Source of the DNA: the human T2T-CHM13v2.0 reference genome, Homo sapiens
Direction: 5' to 3' (one strand)
Assembly: GCF_009914755.1 (NCBI RefSeq)
Contig: NC_060947.1
Length of the DNA stretch: 64,000 nucleotides
The translations under genes and the position numbers were made by a program. The notes under the pieces are model-generated. The model did not search any database, was not told the DNA's origin, and worked only from the letters and a program-made list of their open reading frames with translations. How positions within the stretch are numbered: the stretch's first letter is position 1; each line of letters starts with the position of its first letter. Shown in pieces: positions 29,347 to 42,347 of this stretch.

Positions 29347-31136
29347 CTCTGGAGGATTATCGTAGCCTTAAGTTGGCTTTGCTGGAACTTTACCTTAAAA
29401 TATGTTATCATGGTCAAAGCCTTGATAAAAATAACCAGTGTCTCCAAATGTCCTGTTTTAAAAGACTCTTACTAAACGTATGCAAATAACTATATTGTCT
29501 TAAGATCAGAATACTCGTGAACAGTTTCTGAATTTTGGAGAGCTCAGAAAGAAAATTAAATTTGCTCACAAAAGCATATTATACTTCACCCAATTGCTCT
29601 ATACTATAAATAAAAGAAAAAGATTTGCTTGATTCTTTAATCAGAGCAGTGGCTTTCAAACAGGGTATTGTTTGTTCACCTTGGAACTGCTGTCCACAAG
29701 CCAGACAGCTCTTGTTATCTGAGAGTTGTCTATCAGGCACTGTAAAATCTAGCAGCTCCTCACATAGTTGGAATCAGTCCTAGGGGGAAAAAACAGGCTC
29801 CCTGCTTATGAGTATTCTCCCCCTTGCATTCCCTGGGTAGCAAGATCCTATATCCAAAGGATTTGGGTCCCAGCAAGGGGTTGGGCCAAGGGACTCAGGC
29901 CCTTTGGTTAATGTTTATCTCATTTGCCTCAACACTGTCCCAGGCAATGTCAGCTTTCTCATGATAACCTTTGCCTATTTGTTTATTTATTTATTTTTAA
30001 ATTTTCAATCTGGGGCAAATAGTGAATGACCATCCAAAAATTTCAATCACCTTTCTGGGGCAAATCCATTGACTCCCTTTTTCCTTTTCCTTTTCTAATT
30101 ACTCTAATATTTTATGAAGCATCTATAAGACCCATAAGGGACAGCAAATTTGATAGGGCTTCTCAAACAGTCACATGAGTCTGCAAGAGCAATGTTTCCC
30201 AGAGTGCCCACGTAAACGGAACCCCGTTAACCCTTAACCCCCAAATTTAGCATGACCTGGGAAATAGACATGTTAGGTGGAAGAACATTCCAGTCATCAT
30301 AAAACCAGTCTCAACGTGGCTTGCATATGAAGCATATCAGCTGCTTCATCTGGGGTGCTCCATTTGGCATTTTATAGAGAGAGCTGGACAGTCCCCTTCT
30401 CAGGGTAAACAGACCTTACAGTGGTATTTATCTGGTCCACTAGGTTGTTTGCGGGAATAACCTCTTGCGCATTTGGATCACATATACCATCAGTGATTAT
30501 TTAACAATGAGCTGTGGGTCCTACATCAACCCAAACAAGCTCATTCTACAGCATTTATAATTAAGGAGTTTGTCCTTACAGTAACTATTTTTAAAATTCC
30601 TTATACTAAAGATGTCTCAAGAAGCTGATGATACAAATCTACAAAATGGAACAATTCCTTTACATTATACCCTCTGGTTTTAATAGTTACTTGGCTTTGC
30701 CCTTCCCCCACATTGACTATCTTCTTGGTAACCACAGGTCTCAGAGGTAACTTTTGTTGCCCTGGCTTAATGTTTCTTTTAATCCATTTAGTTTTATCTG
30801 TGTAATTTTTCCTTTATTTTAAAGCAACTCTTAATTAACTAGAAAAAAATTACATTTTCTTTTACAAAAAACACATGCTTGTGTTTTATGAACTTCAACA
30901 AAAACACCTTTTACACTCCTACTATTTTAACTCTTAGTAACTCAAATTCCCAGTTGGGGGGCAGGGGGAACAAAAACCCAGTTTACTTAATTTAACCTGA
31001 CATGACTTTAAGACTTTAAACTGCTGGAGATAATTTTGAGATTAAATTCACCAAACTAATCTTACCAAAGATTACCAAGGTCATGTGAATTAAAAGGCAT
31101 CTGAGCTAGCTTCCACCAGTCTGATAAGCACTCACT

Positions 31137-31431
31137 TTTTTTTTTTTTGAGATGGAGTTTTACTCTAGTTGCCCAGGCTGGAGGGCAATGATGCAATCTC
31201 TGCTCACTGCAACCTCCTTCTCCAGGGTTCAAGCGATTCTCCTGCCTCAACCTCCTGAGTAGCTGGGATTACAGGCACCCACCACTGTGCCTGGCTAATT
31301 TTTGTATTTTTAGTAGAGATGAGGTTTCACCATGCTGGCCAGGCTAGTCTTGAACCCCTGACCTCAGGTGATCCACCCACCTCAACCTCCCAAAGTGCTG
31401 GGATTACAGGGGTGAGCCACCACGCCCGGCC
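31137..31431 (-). mobile_element. AluS
   Basis: Full antisense Alu; TSD AGCACTCACT. Confidence 0.97.
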
Positions 31432-33055
31432 AGCACTCACTCATTGAAGTCAATTGATTAGTGCTCTTTTAGGTAATTTGGTAGTGAAATATTACTTCCA
31501 CATGACACATATAAACATATAGATAAAACAGGAATGCAGAATAAAAAAGGCAGGTCCAAAAGATATTTCATTTGTCTGTTTACAAATTCTCTGTCTTAGA
31601 CTATTAATTTTTAAAAGTTACAGGAGACAACAAAAGTTAAAGGAAGGAGTTACCATCTCAGGCCTACTCAGAAGAGAGAAGGAGCTAAAGTAACAGTGTA
31701 CAGCTTCTGAGATATCAATCTGAATAATTTCATAAAGAAATAGATTGTGGAATTTAAAAATTAAAAACTTCTTGGATTAAGAGTAACAATACTTTTAATA
31801 AAATCATGTTTTAACCAGTTCTTTGGTTTTCTATGAGTGTATTTTTAATATCAAAGTTGAATTTTTAGAAAAACTATTTATTATGATTTTCTCTATAGCC
31901 AGTTAATAACATAACATTTTAACAAATTTATCTTTTACTAACCTTATTATGAGTTAGACCATTGAGGACATGCTTGGACTTTCTGGTTTGTCATAAATAT
32001 TTTTATGTTTCGAACAACCCAGTCATTTTATTTTAGAATTAAAAACCAACATATAAGATCCTTCCTTATATGAAATTACTTTTCTTTTAAGCTTTCTTAC
32101 CAAAAAATACTTCTTTATTTTGATAAGTTTCTTTACATTTTCATATTTTCTGATTCCTTTTACCTTGTTTTATATATAACCTTTAAATAAGCTTTGAATT
32201 ACACAACAATTATTTACCTTTTAATAAAAACACATTTTCTAGAAAAAATGTTTTTCTAAAACATAATTTTTTTAAATTGGAAAATACCCAGACATTTAAT
32301 GAAATATCTATTATTTAATTTATTATAACTTTAGATTCTAAATTGTGACAACTTTCTATACAAGTGTTTATTTCAATACATTTACCTAATTATTTTATTT
32401 TAATAGTTTACCTAGATTATTTATAAAAACTATGATAGTCATCATTTAAAGTTATTTCCCTGTTAACCATTTTAATAGCCTGTGAATTTCAGGGCTGTAC
32501 CTAAATAAGAAACTTGTGATTAAATATATGATTATTCTACCTATAATTCAAGATTTAGCTGTTTTCATTAAACCAACAATATTAACATCTTATTTATCAA
32601 GAATTACAAAAGCAAAGATTATTCTGTTTTGGGCTGGGCTTATGGTTTTATAACCCTTATGCCAAATTTTGACACCTTATAGTATTTGGCAAGGATAAGT
32701 GTGAAATCTCTTGAACAATAAATGCAAACAAAAATGTATGCTGATAATTCTTAAGGCATTGCTGATATTACTTTACCAATAATATTAAAGCAAGCTTATT
32801 TTTTAAAGATTTTGCTTAAGTCATGTGAAATAGAAAAGCATTTAGTCTTATTATTTAATTTATAAATATTCTTTAACTTTAACCTAATTTGGTAACTTGT
32901 GGCCAAAAACACATAACAAAATGTGTGTTTGTACACATAAACACACACTTACACACTCATACAAAGATCCTATAACTTGTATATCAGAACTCTGGCCATG
33001 AGATATTAATACAAACTCACTGGTTTGCAAAAACAATAACAAGAAGAAATGGTTT

Positions 33056-33530
33056 TAAGGCAAGAGAATAGGGAATAAGGGTAACCAAGGGTTAAGGCAT
33101 AAGCAAAAGAACAGCAGGTACGGCCAGTTCACATAAGCAGAAGAACAGCAGGTGCAGACAGTTCTAGGCAAGATTAGGCAGTATACAGGCCACATCCTCA
33201 CGCCTGTGATAACAACACAGAAGCTTCCACTTCAGCCCCTGACTGCTCATAGGCCAGTCCTTCATAGGGTGTAACCAATTGGAGACCCTTAAAGGTGTGT
33301 TACCACATTGTTTCAGCTTTATAAAAACCCTAATGGGGGCGTTCTTGAAAGGCCTGCTCTAGCCTACTCCCACTCTCTGGAATGTACTTTGGCTTCAATA
33401 AATCTGTGCTTTTGTTGCTTTGTCTTTCATTGCTTTGTTCTTTTGTTGCTTGTTTGTGTTTGGTTCAATTCTTTGTTCAACACACCAAGAAACTGGAAAA
33501 CTCACAGTCAAGACATTCCATCTGGTAACA
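33056..33530 (+). mobile_element. ERV1 solo LTR (MER51/MER61/LTR9-group) nested in the provirus
   Basis: TAAGGCAAGAGAATAGGG start, TATAAAA, AATAAA, end TTCTTTGTTCAACACACCAAGAAACTGG...TGGTAACA; internal 34-bp duplication at ~33097-33164. Confidence 0.75.
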
Positions 33531-34248
33531 GTTGGATGCAAATGGTACATTTTATCTCAGTAGAAAAGTAACAGCAGACTTAAAGCAGGCAGAAAAGAAA
33601 ACAGAGAGAGAGAACTCAGAAACTTCAGAGTTGCAGGTCGACCTTTGGGCTCTGAATTTTCATTGATGTAATTTGCCCATCATTTTAAAATGTGCACAAG
33701 ACCAGACCTAATGTGTAACCAGCTGGAGTATTAAAAACTCTGGCATATCCTTCCATTTACACAGTAGTGTGCAAGTAGAGGCACCATAAAACCAACTGGG
33801 GGTTCATTCTCCTTGTCTTTCGTCATTCTTGGAATATTTGTTTCCCACATTTTTTTCTTAAAAGGAGGAACTGAGCTGTGGCCTAGGGTTTAGTGTAGTG
33901 GATCAAAATGTACTGATTATGGGCCAGACTCCACAATGTGTCACCACCGAGTTGTTTCTGCCTTCTTACGTGCCTCAGTTTCTCTCCCTGGAAGTCCAGC
34001 ATCTCTGAGAAGGCTCAAAAACTGCAGTGACCAGCTCTTATATTCATTTCCTGGATGAGCCTTTTTAAACTAATTTTGTTGGGAGTTCCCTGTAGGGCCG
34101 CTGCATATCATGGGAGGGGTCAATCCCCCAGACACTCCCACGTGGCCCCCAGTCACCCAGGGGCACCTTTTGGCTGGGAGGATCAAAATGTCCTTTCTCT
34201 TCAGACCTGACGAAACTCAGTCTCTCATTTATCTATGAAAATGACAGA

Positions 34249-34544
34249 GGTCGGGCATGGCGGCTCACGCCTGTAATCCCAGCACTTTGGGAGGCCGAGG
34301 CGGGGGGATCACGAGGTCAGGAGATCAAGACCACGGTGAAACCCCGTCTCTACTAAAAATACAAAAACATAGCTGGGTGTGGTGGTGGGTGCCTGTAGTC
34401 CCAGCTACTCAGGAGGCTGAGGCAGGAGAATGGTATGACCCCAGGAGGCGGAGCTTGCAGTGAGCCGAGATCGCGCCACTGCACTCCAGCCTGGGCGACA
34501 GAGCGAGACTCCGTCTCAAAAAAAAAAAAAAGAAAAAAGAAAAA
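34249..34544 (+). mobile_element. AluY-lineage element with 12-bp left-arm deletion (Yd/Yc3-type)
   Basis: GAGATCAAGACCACGGTGAAACCCC lacks the usual TCCTGGCTAACA; AluY diagnostics GAGCTTGCAGTGAGCCGAGATCGCG; TSD GAAAATGACAG. Confidence 0.9.
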
Positions 34545-35808
34545 GAAAATGACAGTACAGTTGCTCATACATATGTGCAGACAAGCCAATTGAGATTAAT
34601 TTTGGGAGGAAAGGCAATGGAGAAAGCTGTTTAGAATGCATCTCTGAACTAGAATTAGGATCCTAAACAACAACTTCCTAAAGGAAAAAAAAAAATGTAA
34701 GGTCACTTCCTGTAGACTGTCCTCAGCTACACCTAACTTTGTAGCTCTCATCCATCATTTCACATGCCAAGGTCAAATCCTCTCACACTACAAGGTAATC
34801 TCTGTTGCCCCCGCCCAAAGCCAAAGAGGACAGGTAATGCAATACAGGAAAACAGAGCTTTAGTTCTAAAAATAATCTGCCTATGACTCTTTAAACTCCA
34901 CAAAGAAAACAGAACACTCCAAAAAGGGGTGAATGGCACCAATGTTTTTAGTTATTTGAGGGGTTTGAGTCATTGTACGCCTTCGCTAGATTTTTTATTG
35001 GTACCAAAGATGGCAAAGGGAAAAGGAGGAATAGGGTGAAAGGAAAGTAAACCAAAAAAAATTATTTATTTATTTATTTTTAAGACAGGAAGCAAACACA
35101 GAAACCAAGCACATGGTTTTTTCTTTTGTTTATTGTTTTGTGTTATTTTTCTTTTGTTTTTTTTTTTGTTTTTGTTGTTGTTTTTGCAGCTGAGAGAAAC
35201 TTTAGCCAATTCAGAGGGCTTGTTCCTCATAATTTGAAATTCTCATTTGGATTTGACCAAGTTGGGTAGAGTTGGTCAACTATGATGGGAGAAAGACTGA
35301 AACAAACCAAAAATTAAAAACAACAACAACAACAATATGACCACGGAGCACTATAATGGTAAGGAGAAATGAAGACCAGCTGGTTGTCAATTTTAACCTT
35401 CAGTCATTAAGGAGAACTTTCAAGAGAGAAAAAAAAAATTCAGCTACTTACCTAGGAATGGAACCCCAGCTGAAGACAGCTCCCCACAATTCTAGAAGCA
35501 AGAACACACTCAAACTCTCCTTCCCTTTTGGAAGCAAGCTAAAACTCCAGAATGAAACTACTGCCTTCCATTGTCATGCAAGCAGGAAAACTTGCCTTTC
35601 TTTTTGGAAGCAAGTAAAACTCCAGAAAAGGAGTTGTAGAGCAAAATAACTTAGATCTCAACCAAATTTTGGGATATCAGGGATTCTCTGGAGGGAGGGG
35701 AGCTCCCAGGCCTCAGCAAATTGTCCTATTGGTTGAACCATAAATATAGTTCAAGCTGGTACCAGGCACTGGTACATTTGTCAAAAGTCAGGGGCACCTC
35801 CACTCAGA

Positions 35809-35826
35809 ATCCCATAGTGGTTGCCA
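35809..35826 (-). other. Primer-binding site, tRNA-Arg(TCG)-like
   Basis: Minus strand TGGCAACCACTATGGGAT, 3 nt from the LTR end; 14/18 to the recalled TGGCGACCACGAAGGGAC. Confidence 0.65.
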
Positions 35827-36577
35827 ATATGTAAACCCCAAATATCCGAGACAGGTCTCAATCAACTTAGAAAGTTTATTTTGCCAAGGTTAAGGGCACG
35901 CCCATGACACAGCCTCAGAAGGTCCTGACAACATGTACCCAAGGTGGTCAGGGTACAGCTTGCTTTTATACATTTTAGGGAGACATGATACATAAATCAA
36001 TATATGTTAGATTTACATTGGTTTGATCTGGAAGGGCAGGACAGGACAACTCAAAGCATGGGCTACCAGGTCATAGGTAGGTTTAGAATTTTTCTGATTG
36101 TCAATTAGTTGTAAGAGTTATTATCAATAGAAAGAAATGTCTGTGTTTCAATAAGGGATTTTGGAGACCTAGGTTTTATCATACAGATGAAGCCTCCAGG
36201 TACCAGGCTTCAGAGAGAACAGATTATAAATGTTTCTTATCAGATTTAAGGTCTGTGTTGATGTTAATACTGGGAGGAGGACAATGAGGCATGTCCAACC
36301 CCCTCTTCCATCATGGCCTGAAATAGATTTTCAGGTTAACTCTCAAATGCCCTGGACTGAGAGGAGGGATCCATTCAGATAATTGGGGAACCTTGGAATT
36401 TCATTTTCGTTTACAACTCAAACACAGACTGTACACTATCTTCAGGGCCATTGGGAGAAACATTGATAAGGAAAAGGCTGTTCACAGTCTCAAAGTTTCA
36501 TCCATAGGTCATTTATTAGTTGCCAACGGGTATATTTAACATAAAGACATCTGGTGGACACCACTGTAACCAAATAA

Positions 36578-36886
<309 letters not shown>

Positions 36887-37331
36887 AAAACTCAGCATTA
36901 TTAATAACTGGGCATTCTGACCTGCTGTGCTTCCTGATGGGAAAAAAGCTAGAACTACACTGTAGCACATATTAATTTTTCATTCCAGAAATGTTCAAAC
37001 CTTATCCACTCATGAGAGGACAACCAGGGAATTTAGAAAACTTGGCCTCAATTCTTTAAAAAAGGTCAATGTTATAAAGGATCAGAGAAGGCTGGAAGAC
37101 TGTCCTAGATTGAAGTGAACAAAACTCAATGGGTGATCCCAATTTGGAAACATATTACCAGGATGTGGTTTTAAATATAGCTCAAAACTGGGACTCTTGA
37201 ACATGAGCTATACATTAAATAATGTTGCTTTATCATAATTAAACTGTATTAGTTATAATGATAGAATAGAATTGAAAGCATGTTCTTTTTTTAGAAGACA
37301 AATGCTGAATATTTAGGGGTAAATGTGTGAA

Positions 37332-37357
37332 TGTGTGTGTGTGTGTGTGTGTGTGTG
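37332..37357. repeat. (TG)n microsatellite
   Basis: About 13 TG units. Confidence 0.95.
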
Positions 37358-37363
37358 CACATC

Positions 37364-37433
37364 TTAGGTCGGTGCAAATGTAATTGCAGTTTTTGTCATG
37401 GCAAAAACCGCAATGGCATTTCCACCAACCTAA
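37364..37433. mobile_element. MADE1 (Hsmar1 mariner MITE), shortened centre
   Basis: TTAGGTCGGTGCAAATGTAATTGCAGTTTTTG...CAAAAACCGCAATGGCATTTCCACCAACCTAA inverted repeats. Confidence 0.9.
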
Positions 37434-38464
37434 TATATGTAGATTAAGAAATAAATTTCAAATAAAATAGAGAAAGGCAGAAAACAGATGTTACAAAATG
37501 TTAATTGTTGAACTAGTGGAGAATGTGTGTGTGTGTATTGTACTAATATTTCAGCTGTTCGGTATGTTTGGAATATTTTAAAGTGTAGAGTTGGGATGGG
37601 GGAAGAAACCATTAATAAGGATTGTTGGGTTTGCATAACAGAAAAAGAAAAATAAATAAATATTAGACTCTAGAGATGTCTTGCTATAGATTTACCATAT
37701 GCTCCATAAAGCATTTGGTCAAGTCAATTTTAAAAGTGTTGGTTAGTCTTTCCTCTGGGGAACATTTAATTCAAGTGTGCTTCTTCCTAAAAACAAAGAG
37801 AATATTTATAGCTTCCAAAATATGTACTATTTAAATACTGTCTACCATGAACATATTCAATTGTAAATTTTAGGACAGCTAGAAATGATTAAAATGTGTG
37901 TTAGTGAATTACATAATTGAAAAAAGAAGTTAGTTCAAAAGATCATAAGTGCTTCCATTCATCATTGATTATATGGCTTTGGCCAGACGTTCCAAACTTG
38001 AGTATACGAACAGCAAGACAGATATGGAAACATACCATTTTCATGCAGTGGCTAAGTACATAGCTTTATTTCAGGCAAGGGGAACTTGTACATGACCCCA
38101 TTATTTTCTAATTGTGTGACTTTAAACAACTACTGGCTTTTTCAGGGCCCTGATATCAGAAACAAAGTCCAAGAAAAATATTACCTACTCTCTAAGACTA
38201 TTCAGAGGCTATATGGAAATGATATAATGAATGCTAGGTAATAACACAGTACCTGGCACAAATAGTACAAGGCCTTTAGCATCACTTTTATCACACAATC
38301 CTCTCGTTTTTATCAGAAATGTCCTTCCCAACTTATGCCCAGGGAGACCATCCTAAATCATGCCAGATTGTAATTTAAATAACAGAATGGAATTGAAATC
38401 CACAATGTTGGAGTGCCTTTTCATTTCACTGTGACTTTTTTATTATTATTCTTTAAATGTTTGT

Positions 38465-38780
38465 AAAATTTTTTGAGTACATAGTAGGTAAATATATTTA
38501 TGGGGTACATGAGATGTTTTGATGCAGGCATGCAATGTGAAATAAACACATCATGGAGAATGGGGTATCCATCCCCTCAAACATTTATCCTGTGAGTTAC
38601 AAACAATCCAGTTACATTCTTTATGTTATTTTAAAATGTAGAATTAAGTTATTACTGACCATAGTCACCCCGATTGTGCTGTCAAATAGTAGGTCTTATT
38701 CATTCTTTCTTATTTTTTTGGACCCATTAACCATCTCCACCTGCCCCCCAAACAACTACACTTCCCAGCCTCTGGTAACT
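38465..38780 (-). mobile_element. L1MA1-3-like 3' end
   Basis: GTACATAGTAGGT...GGGGTACATGAGATGTTTTGAT...GGGGTATCCATCCCCTCAA. Confidence 0.85.
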
Positions 38781-38794
38781 TTAATATTGAATAC

Positions 38795-39060
38795 TTTTAT
38801 TTATTTATTTACTTTTTTATTTTTTGAGATGGAGTTTCACTCTTGTTGCCCAGCCTGGAGTGTAATGGTTGTGATCTCAGCTCACTGCAACGTCCACCTC
38901 CCGAGTTCAGGCAATTCTCCTGCCTTGGCCTCCTGAGTAGCTGGGATTACAGGTGTGCACCACCACGCCCGGCTAATTTTTGCATTTTTAGTAGAGACTG
39001 AGTTTCACCATGTTGGTCAGGCTGATCTTGAACTCCTGACCTCAGGTGATCCACCCGCCC
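38795..39060 (-). mobile_element. AluS, 5'-truncated
   Basis: Antisense Alu ending at GATCCACCCGCC. Confidence 0.95.
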
Positions 39061-39294
39061 TGAGTAAATGCTCTACCACTAACTGTCCCTGTATGTGTGG
39101 AAAGGCATAGCGAATCTATAACTATTGCAATTGTTTTCTGACAAGGTACAAAATATTGCCCTTTAAAAAATATTTTTATTAAAATAATAGTTCTTAAATA
39201 TTTTATTTAAATTTAAGCTTAATTTAATAATATGTATTATAATTTATAATATATTTTATTATATATCCTTATAATGTATAAAATAAATAGAAAT

Positions 39295-39590
39295 TTATTT
39301 AGAAACAAGGTCTCATTCTTTTGCCCAGGCTGGAGTGCAATGCAGTGATACAAACATGGCTCACTGCAGCCTCAGACTCCTGGGCTTACATAACCTCCCA
39401 ACTCAGCCTCCTGAGTAGCTGGGACCACAGGTGTGCACCACCACACCTGGCTAATATTTTTTGTTATTGTTTGTAGAAACAGAGTCTTGCTATGTTCCCC
39501 AGGCTGATCTTGAATGCCTGGGCTCAAGCAATATTTCCACCTTGGCCTCCCAAAGTGCTGAGATTACAGGCATGAGCCACCATACCTGGC
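39295..39590 (-). mobile_element. AluJ
   Basis: CACTGCAGCCTC, CTGGGCTCAAGCAAT and TTGCTATGTT diagnostics. Confidence 0.93.
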
Positions 39591-40842
39591 AAAATTTAAA
39601 ATTTAAATTTATTTAAAATCATAAAATATTGAGACATAGAGAATTAATATTAACTGCTGTGCTGTTCACTTTTCTGTTTTAATGCATTTTTAATCATAAT
39701 AATTGTACTAAGTGCCCATATAGCCATCCTGTATAACTTGTAAAATTTTTGCTTCATGGAAGAATATGGGCAGAAGCCAATTTTGTGTAAGTTGGTTATT
39801 CTTTTATCAGAGGAAAATTGGAAATGAACTGTTACCTTCATTAAAAACTGGTTGTGTGAAAATAATATTAGTATAGCTGTATTCCTATTTGATATAGGGA
39901 ATAAATTATTATTTTCAACTTTATTTTTCTTTAGTCCACCATCATTTTATGACCACTTGAGAGTGCTTCTTCCATTCGCTTTGTAGTTGTCATGTGCAGC
40001 TGCTTGTGGATTGTCACTAAGCTGACCTACAAATGAGAATTCGTAGGTATGTGATTAAGAAAATGCTCCCAGAAGAAAAAAAGTGGGAAGCAGAGTAAGC
40101 AGGGCAGAGAATCAGTTACTCCAAATAAAAGATAATATTTCAGTCAAAGTCAGTGTCAGTCTGATCCCATAGGGTTCTGTAGAACTGAAATTGCACCAGA
40201 GTTTTTTTTCTGTTTGAGGCAAGAGACCTGGGGTCTTAAACTCTCACACCAAACAGATATTGGCTATGAGTTTGCCACAGGGAACATGAACACCCAGGTA
40301 TACCTCAGGCTTTGAACAGTAATAATCCAATGGAAATTTTCTGAAGAAGGTTAGAAGTGCACAGTTAGGACTAAGCATGTAGAAGGTGAGGGACAGGAGC
40401 ACATCACAGGTAAACTGGACCCAAGGGGACATTTGATAGAGTGGTCTTTTTCTTTTTTTTTTTCTCCTTCTGGAATCACTGTTAAAATAATTTTTTGATT
40501 CTATGATAGCAATGATGATGGTGTTATGAATCAAGTATTATACATGATCTAGGTAATTATTAATTAAAAGCAGATGATCAGTTAATAGAATTTTGATTGA
40601 TCACTATGCTTAGTATAAACATACAATAAGCAAAAGTAATAATTCATGATATCAAGAAATTTTAAGCTTCATTGGGAAAGAGAACAACACATAAAATAAT
40701 TACATATATGTGTTAGTTCTCTATTGCTGCCATAAAAATTAGCATAAACTCAAAGGTTTAAAACAACGCTGATTTTTTATCTCACAGTTCTGTAGGTCAA
40801 AAGTCCAATGTGGCATGTTTGGGTTCACTGCCCAGGTCCCAA

Positions 40843-41306
40843 TGTAGCAGGATGAGCTGCAGATAAGAACCCCTCAGACACCCAGTTGTGGAAGGAAAGG
40901 GCTTTCTTTATTCAGCTGGGAGCATCGGCGGACTCACCTCCAAAAACCGAGCTCCCCGAGTGAGCAATTCCTGTCCCTTTTAAGGGCTCACAACTTTAAG
41001 GGGTCTGCGTGAGAGGACTGTGATCGATTGAGCAAGCAGTGCATATGTGACTGGGGGCTGCATGCCCTGGTAATCAGAACAGAACAGAACAGGACAGGGA
41101 TTTTCACAGTGCTTTTCCATACAATGTCTGGAATCTATAGATAACATAACCCGTTAGGTCAGGGGTCATTCTTTAACTACCAGGCCTGGAATGCAGCACC
41201 GGGCTATCTGACTACTGATTTCACTTCTGTCTTTTCTTTAACTCCTACTTTTTCTTTGAGGCAGAAATTGGTCATAAGACAATCTGAGGGGTGGTCTCCT
41301 CCCTTA
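40843..41306 (-). mobile_element. ERVK-class solo LTR (LTR3A/HML-6-like)
   Basis: TGTAGCAGGATGAGCTGCAGATAAGAACCCCTCAGACACC...GAGGGGTGGTCTCCTCCCTTA. Confidence 0.75.
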
Positions 41307-41589
41307 CCAAAATCAAGGTGCCAGCCAGGCTACAACACCCATCTGAGGCTTGGATCCTTTTCCAAACACAATGGTTGTTGGCAGAACTTGTTTCCTTATG
41401 GTTATAAGACTGAGACACCATTTTCTTTCTAGTCATCAGGCAGAAGTGACTCTTAACAATTAAAGACTTCATACTCGCAGGCCATCTTACAACATGGCAC
41501 TTTATTCCTTCTTCCTTGAAGTCAGCAGGAGTGCATCTTTCTATCACTTCTGTACATGCAGACAAACTCTACTAGTTTCTAACCTAGTT

Positions 41590-41675
41590 AAAAATCAACT
41601 AAGTTAACCATAAGATGTAATTGATAATTTAGTTTGTAAATATAAATAACAAATATAATACATTCCCTGAGTAAT
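41590..41675 (+). repeat. 86-bp dispersed direct repeat of 45293-45378
   Basis: 81/86 identities counted by eye. Confidence 0.93.
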
Positions 41676-41924
41676 GTTTAACTTCTTACCTGAATGAGTA
41701 AGGACTACCCAGATAATGTTCATATTTTAAGGCAAACTGACCGGGGCTTTAATTACATTTGCAAAATGTATTCCTAGAAGGACATTGATCAGTGTTTGAT
41801 GAACAATTATGAGGCTGAAAGCTTTGGGGGCCATATTTAGGATTTTGCTCATCATAGCATGTAAAAACAAATCAACACTGAACAAAGAAATGAGATGTAT
41901 GTCTTTAGGATGAAGAATATTAAA

Positions 41925-42347
41925 TGATTGATTTAAACAAAATTAACTTAGAAAAAACAATATCATCCTGAGGCCACAGTAAAGAATGCAGAGCATGACT
42001 AGAAACAGGTAAATCAGGTTTAGTGGCAAGACAGGTTGAGAGGGAAAGGAAGAAGCTTGGCTAGCAAAGGTGGCCTTGTTATATAGATGAAGCCTTCTTC
42101 AGCGAGAATGGATGGTAAATGTTTCTTTTCAGACATTGAAAGGTGTCAGACTCTCGGTCTTTTCTGGATGGTGGCAGGAAGGCATAGAAAAGGGAAGGGG
42201 CATGGCTGCATTAATGGCGATTCTTCACAGATGAAAATTTTCACTACTTAAGACAGCTTTGTAAGGCCACTTCTGTCAGAATGGCCAAGCTGCAGCCATT
42301 TCAAAATATGTCAAAGAAATATATTCTGGGGTAAAATATTATAATTT
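41925..42347 (-). mobile_element. MER65-like ERV1 LTR
   Basis: CAGCCATTTCAAAATATGTCAAAGAAATATATTCTGGGGTAAAATATT terminus. Confidence 0.6.

Larger units (their letters stand above)
27374..36415 (-). mobile_element. Two-LTR MER4-group endogenous retrovirus (3' LTR 27374-27980, 5' LTR 35830-36415)
   Basis: Direct-repeat ~600-bp LTRs with TG..CA ends; polypurine tract AGAAGCGGGAGAA (minus, 27981-27993); PBS next to the 5' LTR; AT-rich internal region with no long ORF. Confidence 0.9.
40709..41840 (-). mobile_element. MLT1-type MaLR LTR split by later insertions
   Basis: TGTGTTAGTTCTCTATTGCTGCC...ATCTCACAGTTCTGTAGGTC; resumes at 41307 with AAATCAAGGTGCCAGCCAGGCT...TTAATTACATTTGCAAAAT. Confidence 0.75.

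Noticed and set aside
39061-39092. Minus-strand TAGTGGTAGAGCATTT resembling a tRNA D-arm/A-box
   Set aside because: Only ~16 nt match; no B-box or cloverleaf visible.
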